This document shows, piece by piece, positions 23,891-36,300 of a stretch of 64,000 nucleotides of DNA; positions within the stretch are counted from its first letter, which is position 1, and each line of letters starts with the position of its first letter. Under the pieces are notes generated by a model. That model saw only the letters and a program-made list of their open reading frames with translations. It did not search any database and had not been told where the DNA came from. The stretch is from assembly GCF_004010195.1 (NCBI RefSeq), contig NC_057712.1, positions 102,338,468-102,402,467 on the forward strand. Direction: 5' to 3'. This DNA is from Chiloscyllium plagiosum. Taxonomy: Eukaryota. The translations under genes were made by a program, and so were the position numbers.

Positions 23891-26158
23891 CATTTGTATT
23901 TTTGGTGAATGCCTTTCCCAGTTAATTATAATATTCCATTAGCTTTCCTAACTGTTTGTCTTACCTGCTACTAGATCTTTGTGATCCATGCACTCCGTCA
24001 CCCAGTTCCTGCTGCCTCACTCTGAATAATCAAGTAACTTCATGACAACTGTGACTTAAGAAAACAGAAAAGTTATCTCTCCGCCCCATTAATAGGTGGC
24101 TCTAATGAAAGTTGCCCACCCGATAGTTCAGTACCCAAAACAGTACCATGTTTTGGGTACTGCAGTAGTTATGATGGAAAGAGAGGTGGTGTAATATCTG
24201 CTGAGGATTTAGCTGCCAGTCCATTGCTGACTTCTGGTGATACATGACTGTATCAGTACTGTTTTGCATCATAACTACAAGATGGCTTTTGGTTACAGTG
24301 GAACTAATCTACAATACAGAATCCAGCTGTGGAATCCTTACAGTAAGGAACAGCAATTAAATTCTCCTGATTTCTGGATGAAACTGACCTTTTCTTAGTA
24401 CTTTAGTGACTTAAGAATTGTTCTATGCAGTGGTTTTTATGTTATGAATCTCTGAAAGCTATCTATAAAAATAAAAACACAACATTGTAAATATAATAAA
24501 AATCCATTAAAAAGTGTGATCAGTAATGGCCTGTTTTAATGCAAGCTGGAAAAGTCATTGAAAGTCACCTCCAACTGCTCTTGCTGCAGGTTATTCATAA
24601 TATTCCTGAGTGCTTTGTAGTTTTGAAACTTCAGCTCAGTGACAGAGTTGGATCTGAATAAGAAATTATTCATGGGAAACTTGCGTCTTCCTGGGAAACT
24701 GTGATCAGAGCTTTTGTTCTGGATCCTATTCTCAGCTGCAGCGGGCCAGCCAGTCTGAATATAACACTTTTGCTTTTTTATTCAGTCTCATGCTTTCCCC
24801 ATAAGGCAGCCTACTCTGTGAACGCCCCCTCTAGGTGGTAGAAAGAGCAGAAAGAAATCTGGTGCCATTCTCCAGAGGCGGGAAGCATGTAAAATAAAGT
24901 AGCCTGCACAATAGAATCAGAAGAGTAAGGTTTATTCTCGCCTAACCTGCCTCTCTCAAACTCCTCTCAATCTCTTGTCAGCTTTTCTGTCATTCCCAGG
25001 TGAAATGGAGACTGGTTTAAAGTACATATCTTCCCCAGACCCGTCTCTTACCCGCTTCCACACCATTGCTCCCACTCCTTCTCCTGCAGAGTCCTCAGCC
25101 TCCATCATCTCTCCCCATACTCAAGTAAGTGGCACATACACTTAAAATGATGCCGTTGTGAATGGAACATGAGGACGCCATTGTGGCATGCACTGCTACT
25201 TCCTGTGGTCTGACCTGTCTTGTTCAGGTGACTTCGCTGACCATGTCTGCGCATGCGCAACAGGCATATTTAACCATGGATAATGACGCTATTTCCATAC
25301 GTCCTACAATACTCTGTCTACTGCACCTTACCCTTCTCCAAGTTAACTCGTTACTCTAACTATTTATTTATACTTAGTAGAATCACAGGATTATTATGAT
25401 GCAGAAAGCAGCCATTGAGTCAATTGTGCAGAGCTATTATCTTGTGCCAATTCCTTGCCTTTTCCCAGTATTCCTGCCTAACATCACAACCTAAATAGCC
25501 ATCAAATCCTTTTATGTATTTTTATGCCAATTAGTTTTATAATGGAAAGACCCTCAAGTTAGCAAACATAGAGAGCAAAGAGCTTGAAATCAGAAAAAGA
25601 TGCAAAGGATTGAATTTTATGAGAAATCAACTAAGTGTCGTTTTCATTGCATAACATGGAGGGTTTCTATCTGTCAGGCCTAATACATTTTATCATGTTA
25701 TTGTCTCAAAAGCTTGTTGCATAACTAGGTACCACACCCTTATGGCATCCCATTTGTCTGTGCAAGCCTGATTACCCCACTTGCTGTAGGCATAAGTATT
25801 TACCACCAGCCGGGACATCCCGGGGTTCAGGGCATTGGCACAAACATTGTTTAAACATTGACTGTTGTACCCGGTCAAGCCCAATCTGTCAGAGCTGTCC
25901 TGCATGGTTCTGTGAACTTGCCCGAGACCTGGCAAATAAGGGGAGATTGCAAGGGTACAACTTATATAAAGACTGTGGTAGCTAATGGAGAAGCTGGAGA
26001 TGTGGCTTACCTCATACATCTGCCTCACTAGGTAGTCAGTGCTCAGTCAATTACACAGGGATGTTATTTGGGAGTATAAGGTAGCAGAGAGAAGATAGTG
26101 ACACCAGCTGTGGTGGAGTGGAGAAGGTCATTTCTGGGTGATTTTCTAGTCGTTCCTT

Positions 26159-26288
26159 CAGATGGTTGAGATAGGCCTACCCCAGATGGTTGAGATAGGC
26201 CTACCCCAGATGGTTGAGATAGGCCTAGCCCTAGTGGTTGAGATAGGCATAGCCCAGGTGGTTGAGGTAGGCCTAACCCAGGTGGTTG
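26159..26288. repeat. 24-bp tandem repeat, about 5 copies (cagatggttgagataggcctaccc)
   Basis: Direct reading; leftmost copies identical, rightmost more diverged. Confidence 0.9.
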
Positions 26289-27709
26289 CTTAGACAAGTC
26301 AGGCATGGTCTGGTGTCATGGCCACCTCTACTGGCCCTGGGAGCAGAGAGCACCTATGCTCTGCACCACCTTACTTGCCAGGACCTCCAGGTGAACAAAT
26401 ATTGAATTCTTTTTTTAAAAAATCAACAAATGAAGAGGAAGGTAGAGCAAGAAACAATTGTTAACTGCACCGTCAGGTTCAAGATCCAGAAATTCCCAAC
26501 CTAAGACCATTGCAAAAGTACCACCTGTATAAGGATGAGATCTACCTCTCCTTCTGATGGTCAGTCAAGGAGCAGGACTGAAACTTGCAAGGTGCTACTG
26601 GAGAGGTTGACACTTTTCCCAGGTAACTGCTAACTGGAAAAGGACAGAAAATGAAAGGGGTAGAGAAAAACTTTGCCAGGTGTGCCACTCATTTCAAACG
26701 CACATTACCTCATGCTCCCCCCACTCCACCCCCCGACCCCCACCACCGCCCCCAACACTCCACCATCACACAGTTTATTTCAGTTTAGCATAATGGTACT
26801 TTCTGAACAGAGAACGTTTCTATAAAGTAGACTTTTCTCCTCATTTATCATTCAGTCAATCTCAACGATTTGTAAACTCAGAGACTGTCCGTGCATTATC
26901 CTCGGAGGCACTTCAACAAATGGAACTGCAGCCTTCAGTGGCTGATTGACAAGTCGGTATGTCAAATTCCCAGATCCCAGTGCATTAATTATTCTCCATG
27001 CCTCTCAGAAGCACAGAATCGTACAACAATTACTGCTCGACTCAAATTAAAGTGATGAAAGCAGAGGTATTTGGATGTTCGATCCATTTTGTATTGCTCT
27101 TTCATCATACTTGTAAACTTTACATTTCTTGTCACCTGCTAACATGACATAGCAAAACAGAAAACTTGGCAAGTCGCCAAGCCTCCTTTCGCCAGCACCT
27201 AACAGCCTGATACCTTTACCCCATTAAAGAACAAACACAGCAGGCACATAGGAAACCGACTCCAGCAAGATCCTCCACCATTCACACTTCACACTGACTT
27301 CAAAAAGTCATTCCTTCACTGTGCTAGGTCAAAGTCCTGGAACACTCTGCCTAACAGCACCGTGGGTGTATCTATGCCACATTGACTACAATGTCTCAAC
27401 AGCATGGGCTCAAGGGGAATTAGAGAAAGGTACTAAATGCTAGCCTTGCCAGCAATGTTTGCTGCCTATGGATAAATAAGAATGAAATAAGGCCTGCCTT
27501 TACCTCCCAGTAATAATTCCCCAGCAACTTCAGTTCTCCTTTAGATTAAAAAAAAATGAAGGAAATCTTCCTGAGATGGGAAGTTTGGTTTCTTTTTGAA
27601 TTTGGTCAATAATTTGCACTCAGGCAATCCAATGCATCCAAATGTAGACCCAGAAAAAAATGCCCTGCACTTTCGTTCCTTAATAACTGATTGGAGTCAT
27701 ATCAAGGTA

Positions 27710-28815
27710 AAACAAAGACCTGCGTAGGCTGGAAATCTGAAACATGATCAGAACTTGCTGGAGAAACTCAACATGCCTGACAGCATCTGTGAGGAGAAAG
27801 CAGCGATAATGTTTCAAATCAGGTGACTCTTCATCAGAACGGTTAGTAGCGAGGGAAAAGAGGGAGCGATGCTGAAGCCATACTGTGGTGGGTGGTGGAT
27901 AGGGGGGAAGGGGAGGAGGGGAGAGGGAAGCAGAGAGAGAGATATGAAAGGGCCATCAACCCACCAGCATTCACATCCAAAGGACCGGAAGTCGCTATTT
28001 TCATCATTCCCCTCCCCTCCATTGGCAGCCTACTGCAGGGACCATTCCCTCCGGAACACTCTTCTCCAGTCCTCCTCCATTCCCAACATCTTCTCACATT
28101 CCCATGACACCTTGCCCTGCAACAGCAGAAGGTATAGCACCTGACCATTTATTTCCCCCCTCCTCACCATCCAAGGCCCCAACCATACCTTCCACATGAA
28201 GCACTTCACTCAATCTAGTCGACTGCATTTGCTGCTCACAATGTGGTCTCCTCTCCTTTCGGGAAGCAAAGTACAGACCAGGTGACCACTTTGCAGCATC
28301 ACTTGGGCTGGGTCCTTAAGAATTAGCTTAGGTTTTCAGGTTCGTGCCACTTCAACACTGTGTTCCCATGCCCACATTTCTGTCACAGGACTGCTCAAAG
28401 AACAGCATCGCATTTTCCACTCAGGGTCCTTGCAGCCTCTAGGGTTTAACATTGAGCTCACAGCCTGATTCTATCCTTCCCTGCTTTTTCCTCACACCAC
28501 ACCTTCAGCACGGTGACCAATTCTCACCAATGCCCCACATTATATGGGTTGCAATCAGCATAGCTAACTCCATTTTCTCACTATTGATTCTTATTATCTC
28601 TTCTTGTGCTTTACATCTTCCAACCTGGCCTGCTATCTATTATCTCTTTGCTGACTTTCATATCTGTTTCTCTCTGGGCTCGGCCTCCGCCTGCCTGCTC
28701 ACCTCTCCCCTTCTCCCCCCACCACCAACCCCCTCCTTCCCCACTTCAGCTTCGGTAGAAATATCACTTTTTCCAAGCTGCTCTCAGTTCTGATAAAGAG
28801 TCACCAGTTATGAAA
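27710..28815 (+). mobile_element. Degenerate Penelope-like 3' end (Neptune-like) with an inverted terminal arm carrying a hammerhead
   Basis: AYCRDHSLRNTL..TLPCNSRR..T, then VDCICCSQCGLL..GEAK..GDHFA (decayed zinc finger plus GIY-YIG); minus-strand ctgatga-agagtc-acct-gattt-gaaa-catt at 27805-27840; decayed plus copy near 28790. Confidence 0.75.
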
Positions 28816-29022
28816 AGATATCAGTACAACTCTAAAATATCCTCCAAAAAGAATGTTAAGCATCAGAACGTTAATGTTGAAAACCATGTTTGATTTTCCC
28901 TTTAATCTTCAGAAGTTTGCAATTTATTAGTGACTACCTTATTTCCATGCATTTCTATATCATTAAAGACACAGCTCATCTTATTTATACACTATTTCTA
29001 ATTCTCCTCTTCTTCCCCAAGA

Positions 29023-30214
29023 ATTTGTATCATCAATAGTCACAGGTGAGGTGCCACAAGGCTGGAGAGTGGCTAACGTGGTGCCACTGTTTAAGAAGGG
29101 TGGTAAGGACAAGCCAGGGAACTATAGACCGGTGAGCCTGACATCGGTGGTGGGCAAGTTGTTGGAGGGAATCCTGAGGGACAGGATGTACAAGTATTTG
29201 GAAAGGCAAGGACTGATTCGGGACAGTCAACATGGTTTTGTGCGTGGGAAATCATGTCTCACACACTTGACTGAGATTTTTTGAAGAAGTAACAAAGAGG
29301 ATTGATGGGGCAGAGCAGTAGATGTGATCTATATGGATTTCAGCAAAGCGTTTGACAAGGTTCCCCTTGGAAGACTGGTTAGCAAGGTTAGATCTCATGG
29401 AATACAGGGAGAACTAGCCATTTGAATGTAGAACTGGCTCAAAGGTAGAAGACAGAGGGTGGTGGTGGAGGATGGTCCAGTTTTTCAGACTGGAGGCCTG
29501 TGACCAGTGGAGTGCCACAAGGATCGGTGCTGGGTCCACTGCTTTTCATCATTTATATTAATGATTTGGATGTGAACATAAGAGGTGTAGTTAGTAAATT
29601 TGCAGATGACACCAAAATTGGAGGTGGAGTGGACAGCAATTAAGGTTACCTTAGATCAATGGGATCTTGATCAAATGGACCAATGGGCTGAGAAGTGGCA
29701 GATGGAGTTTAATTTAGAAAAATGTGAGGTGCTGCATTTTGGAAAAACAAGTCTTAGCAGGACTTATACACTTAATGGTAAGGTCCTAGGGAGTGTTGCT
29801 GAACAAAGAGACCTTGGAGTGTAGGTTCATAGCTCCTTGAAAGTGGAGTTGCAGGTAGATAGGATAGTGAAGGCGGGTTTGGTATGCTTTCCCTTATCGG
29901 ACAGAACATTGAGTACAGGAGTTGGGAGGTCATGTTGCAGCTGTACAGGACATTAGTTAGGCCACTTTTGGAATATTGCGTGCAATTCTGGTCTCCTTCC
30001 TTGAGAAACTTGGAAGGGTTCAGGAAAGATTTACAAGGATGTTGCCAGGGTTGGAGGATTTGAGATATTGGGAGAGGCTGAATAGACTGGGGCTGTATTG
30101 CCTGGAGTGTCAGAGGCTGAGGGGTGACTTTATACAGGTTTATAAAATCATGAGGTGCATGGATAGGATAAATAGACAAAGTCTTTTCCCTGGGGTGGGG
30201 CAGTCCAGAACTAG
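29023..30214 (+). mobile_element. Internal CR1 ORF2 (RT) fragment lacking its 3' tail
   Basis: WRVANVVPLFKKG..NYRPVSLTS..QHGFVRGKSCLT; closely similar to the reverse complement of 19130-20300. Confidence 0.93.
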
Positions 30215-30394
30215 ACGGCAGTCTTAATATACATGAAGTAGTATTCTAAAGAAACCCAGGACAGAAGAAGGTACTTGATGTTGCTTTCTCCTTACGCAGT
30301 CAGAGTTGAACCCAATCTCATGGCTACCTTCTCATGGAAAATTTTCGAGCACCGTGCTGTCTGAACTGGTGTGTGACTGAACTTCAAATATGGT

Positions 30395-33300
30395 GCCAGC
30401 AGTATGAATCCCAGCAGTGCGAATCCCAGTAGCTTGAGTCCCAGCAGTGTGAATCCCAGCAGTGCAAATCTCAATAGCCTGAATCCCAGCAGTGTGAGTC
30501 CCAGCAGTGTGAATCCCAGCAGTGCAAATCCCAGTAGCCTGAATCCCAGCAGTGTGAATCCCAGCAGTGCAAATCCCAGTAGCCTGAGTCCAAACAGTGT
30601 GAGTTTCAGCAGTGTGAATCCCAGCAGTGAAACACCAGTAGCCTGAGTCCCAGCAATGTTAGTCCCAGCAGTGTGAACCTTAGCAATGTCAGTCCCATTG
30701 TGTGAATCCCAGCAGTGAGAATCCCAGCAGTGTGAATCCTAGCAGTGTCAGTCCCAGCAGTGTGAACCCCAGCAGTGTGAATCCTAGCAGTGTCAGTTCC
30801 AGCAGTGTGAGTACCAGCAGAATGAATCCCTGTAACCTGACTCCCAGCAGTGTCTGTCCCAGCAGAGTGAATCCTAGTTTTGTGAATCCCAGCAGTGTCA
30901 GTCCCAGAAGTATGACTCCAGCAGTGTCATTCTCTGGAGTGTGACTCTGAGCTGTGTCAATCCCAGTAGTATGAATCTCAGCCGCATGAGTCCCAACAGT
31001 GTGAATCCCAGCAGTGTGATTCCAAGCAGTGTGAATCCCAGCAGCATCAGTCCCTGAAGTGTGAATGCCAGCAGTGCAAATCCCAGTAGCCTGAGTCCCA
31101 GCGGTGTGAATCCCCACAGTGTGAATCCCAGCAGCGTGATTCCAAGCAATGTGAATCCCAGTAGTACGAATCTCAGCAGTGTGAGTCCCAGCAGCGTGAA
31201 TCCCAGTAGCCTTAGTCCCAGCAGTGTGAGTCCCAGCAGTGTGAATCCCAGCAGTGTCTGTGCCAACTGTGTGAATCCCAGCAGTGTGATTCCAAGCAGT
31301 GTGAATCCCAGCAGCATCAATCCCTGAAGTGTGAATCCCAGCAGTGCAAATCCCAGTAGCCTGAGTCCCAGCAGTGTGAGTCCCAGCAGTATGATTCCAA
31401 GCAGTGTGAGTCCCAGCAGTGTGAATCCCAGCAGTGCAAATCCCAGTAGCCTAGGTCCCAGCAGAGAGAATCCCAGCAGTGTGGATCCCAGCAGCGTCAG
31501 AGCCAGCAGTGTGAAACCCAGCAGTGTGAAACCCAGCAGTGCGAGTCTCAGTAGTATGAATCCCAGCAGCGTGATTCCAAGCAGTGTGAATCACAGTAGC
31601 CTTAGTCCCAGCAGTGTCTGTCCCAGCAATGTTAGTCCCAGCAGTGTGAACCTTAGCAATGTCAGTCCCATTTGTGTGAATCCCAGCAGTGAGAATCTCA
31701 GCAGTGTGAATCCTAGCAGTGTCAGTCCCAGCAGTGTGAACCCCAGCAGTGTGAATCCTAGCAGTGTCAGTCCCAGCAGTGTGAGTACCAGCAGAATGAA
31801 TACCTGTAGCCTGACTCCCAGCAGTGTCTGTCCCAGCAGAGTGAATCCTAGTTTTGTGAATCCCAGCAGTGTCAGTCCCAGACGTATGACTCCCAGCAGT
31901 GTCATTCCCAGGAGTGTGACTCTGAGCTGTGTCAATCCCAGTAGTATGAATCTCAGCAGCATGAGTCCCAACAGTGTGAATCCCAGCAGTGTGATTCCAA
32001 GCAGTGTGAATCCCAGCAGCATCAGTCCCTGAAGTGTGAATGCCAGCAGTGCAAATCCCAGTAGCCTGAGTCCCAGCGGTGTGAATCCCCACAGTGTGAA
32101 TCCCAGCAGCGTGATTCCAAGCAATGTGAAACCCAGTAGTACGAATCTAAGCAGTGTGAGTCCCAGCAGCGTGAATCCCAGTAGCCTTAGTCCCAGCAGT
32201 GTGAGTCCCAACAGTGTGAATCCCAACAGTGTCAGTCCCAGCAATTGTCAGTCCCATTTGTGTGAATCCCATCAGTGTGAAACACAGCAGTCTGAAACCC
32301 AGCAGTGGGAATCACAGCAGTGTGAATCCCAGCAGCGTCAGTCCCAGCAGTGTGAATTCCAACAGTGTGAATCCCAGAATCCTGATTCCCAGCAATGTCT
32401 GTCCCAGCAGTGTGATTCCAAGCAGTTTGAATCCCAGCAGTGCAACTCCCCATAGCCTGAGTCCCAGCAGTCTGAGTCCCAGCAGTGAATCCCAGCAGCG
32501 TGATTCCAAGGAGTGAGAATCCCAGCAGTCTGAGTCCCAGCAATGAGAATTGCAGAAGTGTGAATCCCAGCAGTGAGTCCCAACAGGATGAATCCCAGCA
32601 TTGTGAAACCCAAAGTGAATTCCAGCAGTGTGAGTCCCAACAGTATGAATCCCACCGGTGTGACACCGTGCAATATGAATGCCAGCAGTGTCAATCTTAG
32701 CAGTGTGAATGCCAGTAGTATGAATCCCAGCAGCATGAATCCCAACAGTGTGAATCCCAGCACCGAGATTCCAAGCAGTGTGGATCTCAGCAGCATCAAT
32801 CCCTGAAGTGTGAGTCCAGCAGTGCAAATCCCAATAGCCTGAGTCCTAGCAGCGTGATTCCAAGCAGTGTGAATCCAAGCAGTGTGAATCCCAGTAGTAT
32901 GAATCCCATCAGCATGAGTCCCAACAGTGCGAATGCGAGCAATGTGAATACCAGCATTGTGAAACCCAGCAGTGTGAATCCCTGCAGTTTGAATCCAGGC
33001 AGTGGGGGTCCCAGCAGTGGGAGTCCCAGCAGAGTGAATCCCAGTGGTGAGAATCCCAGCAGAATGAATCCCAGCAGTGTGAGCACCAGCTGTGTCAGTC
33101 CTCACAATGTGAATCCCAGCTGAATGAATTCCAGCAGTATGGATCCCAACAGTGTAGGTCCTAGCAGTGTCAATCCCAGCAGTGTGAGTCTCAGCTGCGA
33201 GAATCCCCGTAGCATGAGACCCAGTAGCGTGAATCCAAGCAGTGTGAATCCCAGCGCAGTCAGTCTTAGCTGTGTGAACCCCAGCTATGTTATTCCCTAC

Positions 33301-36300
33301 TCTGATAATCCCAGCAGTGTGAGTACCAGCCGTCTGAATCCCAGAAGTGTGAACCCCAGCGGTGAGAATCCCAGCAGCGTCAGTCCCAGCAGTGTGAATC
33401 CCAGCAGTGTGAATCCCAGCAACGCCAGTCCAAACATTGTTAATCCCAGCACTGCCATTCCCAGCAGTGTGAATCCCAGCAGTGTGAATCCCAGCAATGT
33501 TATTCCCCACTGTGATAATCCCAGCAGTGTGAATCCCAGCAGTGAATCCCATCAGTTTGAGTACCATCAGTGTGAATCCCAGCAGTGTGAGTCCCAGCTG
33601 TGTGAATCCCAGCAGTGAGAATCCCAGCAGTGTGAGTCCCAGCTGTGTGAATCCCAGCAGTGAGAATCCCAGCAGTGTGAATCCCAGCTGTGTGAATCCC
33701 AGCAGTGAGAATCCCAGTAGCCTGATTCCCAGCAGAGAGAATCCCAGTAGCCTGATTCCCAGCAGTGTCTGTCCCAGCAGTGAGAATCCCAGCAATGTGA
33801 GTCCCAGCAGTGTGAGTCCCAACCGTGTGGGTCCCAATAATATGAATCCCAGCATTGTGAAACCCAGTGTGAATCCCAGCAGTTTGAACCCCACCAGTGT
33901 GACTCCGTGCGGTGTGAATCCCAGCAGTGTCAGTCCCAGCAGGGTGTAACCCAGCAGTGTGAGTCTCGCCTGCATGAATCCGGGCAGTGTGAGACCCAGC
34001 AGTATGAATCCCAGGATTCTGAATCCCAGCATTATTTGTCCCAGCAGTGTGAATCCCAGCAGTGCCAGTCCAAACAGTGTGAATCCCAGAAGTGAGAATC
34101 CCAGCAGTGTCAGTCCCAGCAGTGTGAATCCCAGCAGTGTCTGTCCCAACCATGTGAATCTCAGCAGTGTCAGTTCCACAAGTTTGAATCTCATCAGTGT
34201 GAGCCCCAGCCATGTCAATCCCAGCAGTGAAAATCCCCGCAGTGTCAGTCCTACAATTGTGAATCCTAGCGGTGTGAGTGCCACAATTGTGAATCCGAAC
34301 AGTGAGAATTCCCGCAGTGTGAATCCCAGCCGTGTCAGTCCCAACAGAGAGAATCCCAGTAGTGTCAGTCCCAGCAATTTGATTCCCAGCAGTGTCAGTC
34401 CCAACAGTGTGAGTCACAGCAGTATGTCCCAGCAGCATGAATCACAGCAGCAACAGTCCAAGCAGTGTGAATCCTAGCTGCGTGAATCCCAGCAGTGTCA
34501 CTCCCAACAGTATGAATCTCAGCAGTGAGAGCCCCAGCAATTTCTGTCCCAGCAGTGCAAATCCCAGCAATTTCTGTCCCAGCAGTGTGAATCCCAGCAG
34601 TGTGGGTCCCAGCAGTTTGAATCCCAGCAGAGCGAGACTCAGCAGTGTGAGTCCCATAGTGTGATTCCCAGCAGTGTGAGTCCCAGCAGTTTGAATCCCA
34701 GCAGTGTGAATCCCAGCAGTGTGAGTCCCAGCTGTTTGAATACCAGGAGTACGAGTCCCAGCAGTGTGAGTCCCAGCAGTGATTATTCCAGCTGTTTGAA
34801 TCCCAGCAGTGTGAATCCCAGCAGTGTGAATTCAAGCAATGTGATTCCCCATAGTGTGAACACCAGCTTTTTCAGACCTAGCAGTGTAAATCCTAGTAGT
34901 GTCAATCACAACCTTGTGAATCCCAGCAGTGTCAGTCCCAACAATGTGAATCCCAGCAGTGTGAGTGCCTGCAGTGTTAAACGCCGCAGTGTGAGCACCA
35001 GCTTTGACAGTTCTAGCAGTCTGAATCCCAGCAGTGTGAGTCCCAGCAGTGTGTCCCAGCAGCGTGAATCACAGCAGGCTGAATCCTAGGAGTGTGAATC
35101 CCAGCAATGTCAGTCCCAGAAGTACGAATCCCAGCAGCAACAGTCCAAGCAGTGTGAATCCCAGCAGCATCACTCCCAGCAGTGTGAAACCCAGCAATGT
35201 GAATCCCAGCAGCTAGAGCTCCAGCAGTGGGAGACCCAACAGAATGAATCTCAGTGGTGAGAATCCCAGCAGAGTGAATCCCAGCAGTGTAAGCACCTGC
35301 TGTGTCAGTCCTTGCAATGTGAATCCCAGTTGAATGAATCCCAGCAGTGTGAATCCCAGCAGTGTCAGTCCCAGCAGTGTCAGTCCCAGCAGTGTCAGTC
35401 TCAGCAGCGAGAATCCCTGCAGTACGAGACCCAGTAACGTGAATCCCAGCAGTGTGAATCCCTGCAGTGTGAATCACAGGATGCTGAACCCCAGCACTGT
35501 TTGTCCCAGCAATGAGACTTACTGCAACACCAGCCCTCGCAGTGTGAATCCCAGCAGTGTCACTCCCAACAATGTCACTCCCAGCAGTGTGAGTCTCAGC
35601 AGTGCGTGTCCCAGCAGTATGAATCCCACCAGTGTGTGTCCCAGCAGTGTGATTCCCAGGATTGTGAATCCCAGCAGTGTGAGTCCCAGCAGATTAAATC
35701 GCAGCAGTGTGATTCCCAGCAGTATGAATCGCAGCAGTGCCAGTACAAGCAATGAGAATTCCAGCACTGCAAGTCCCAGCAGCATCAGTTCCAGCAGTGT
35801 GAGTCCCAGCAGTATGAATCCCAGCAGTGTGCATTCCAGCAGTTGGAAACAAAGCAATGTGATTCCCAGCAGTTAGAATCCCAGCAATGTGAATCCCAGC
35901 AGCTAGAGCTCCAGCAGTGTGAATCCCAACAGTGTGATCCTAGCCGTGTGAGTCCCAGAAGAGTGAATTCCAAACTTGTAAATCCCAGCAGTGAGAATCC
36001 CAGCAGAATGAGTCCAAGCAATGTGAATGCCAGTCATGTCAATCTCAGTAGTGTCAGTTCCAGCAGTGTGAATCCCAGCAGTGAGTAACCCAGCACTGTC
36101 ATTCCCAGCAGTGTGAATCCCACGATGTGAATACAAAAAATGTGAATCTCAGCAGTTTGAATCCCAGCAGAGTGAGCTCCAGTAGTATGAATCCCTGCAG
36201 TGTGAATCCCAGCAGTCTGAATCCCAGCAGTGCGAGTCCCAGCAGTGCAAGTCCCAGCAATGTGAATCCCAGCAGTGTCACTCCCAGCAATGTGAATCTC

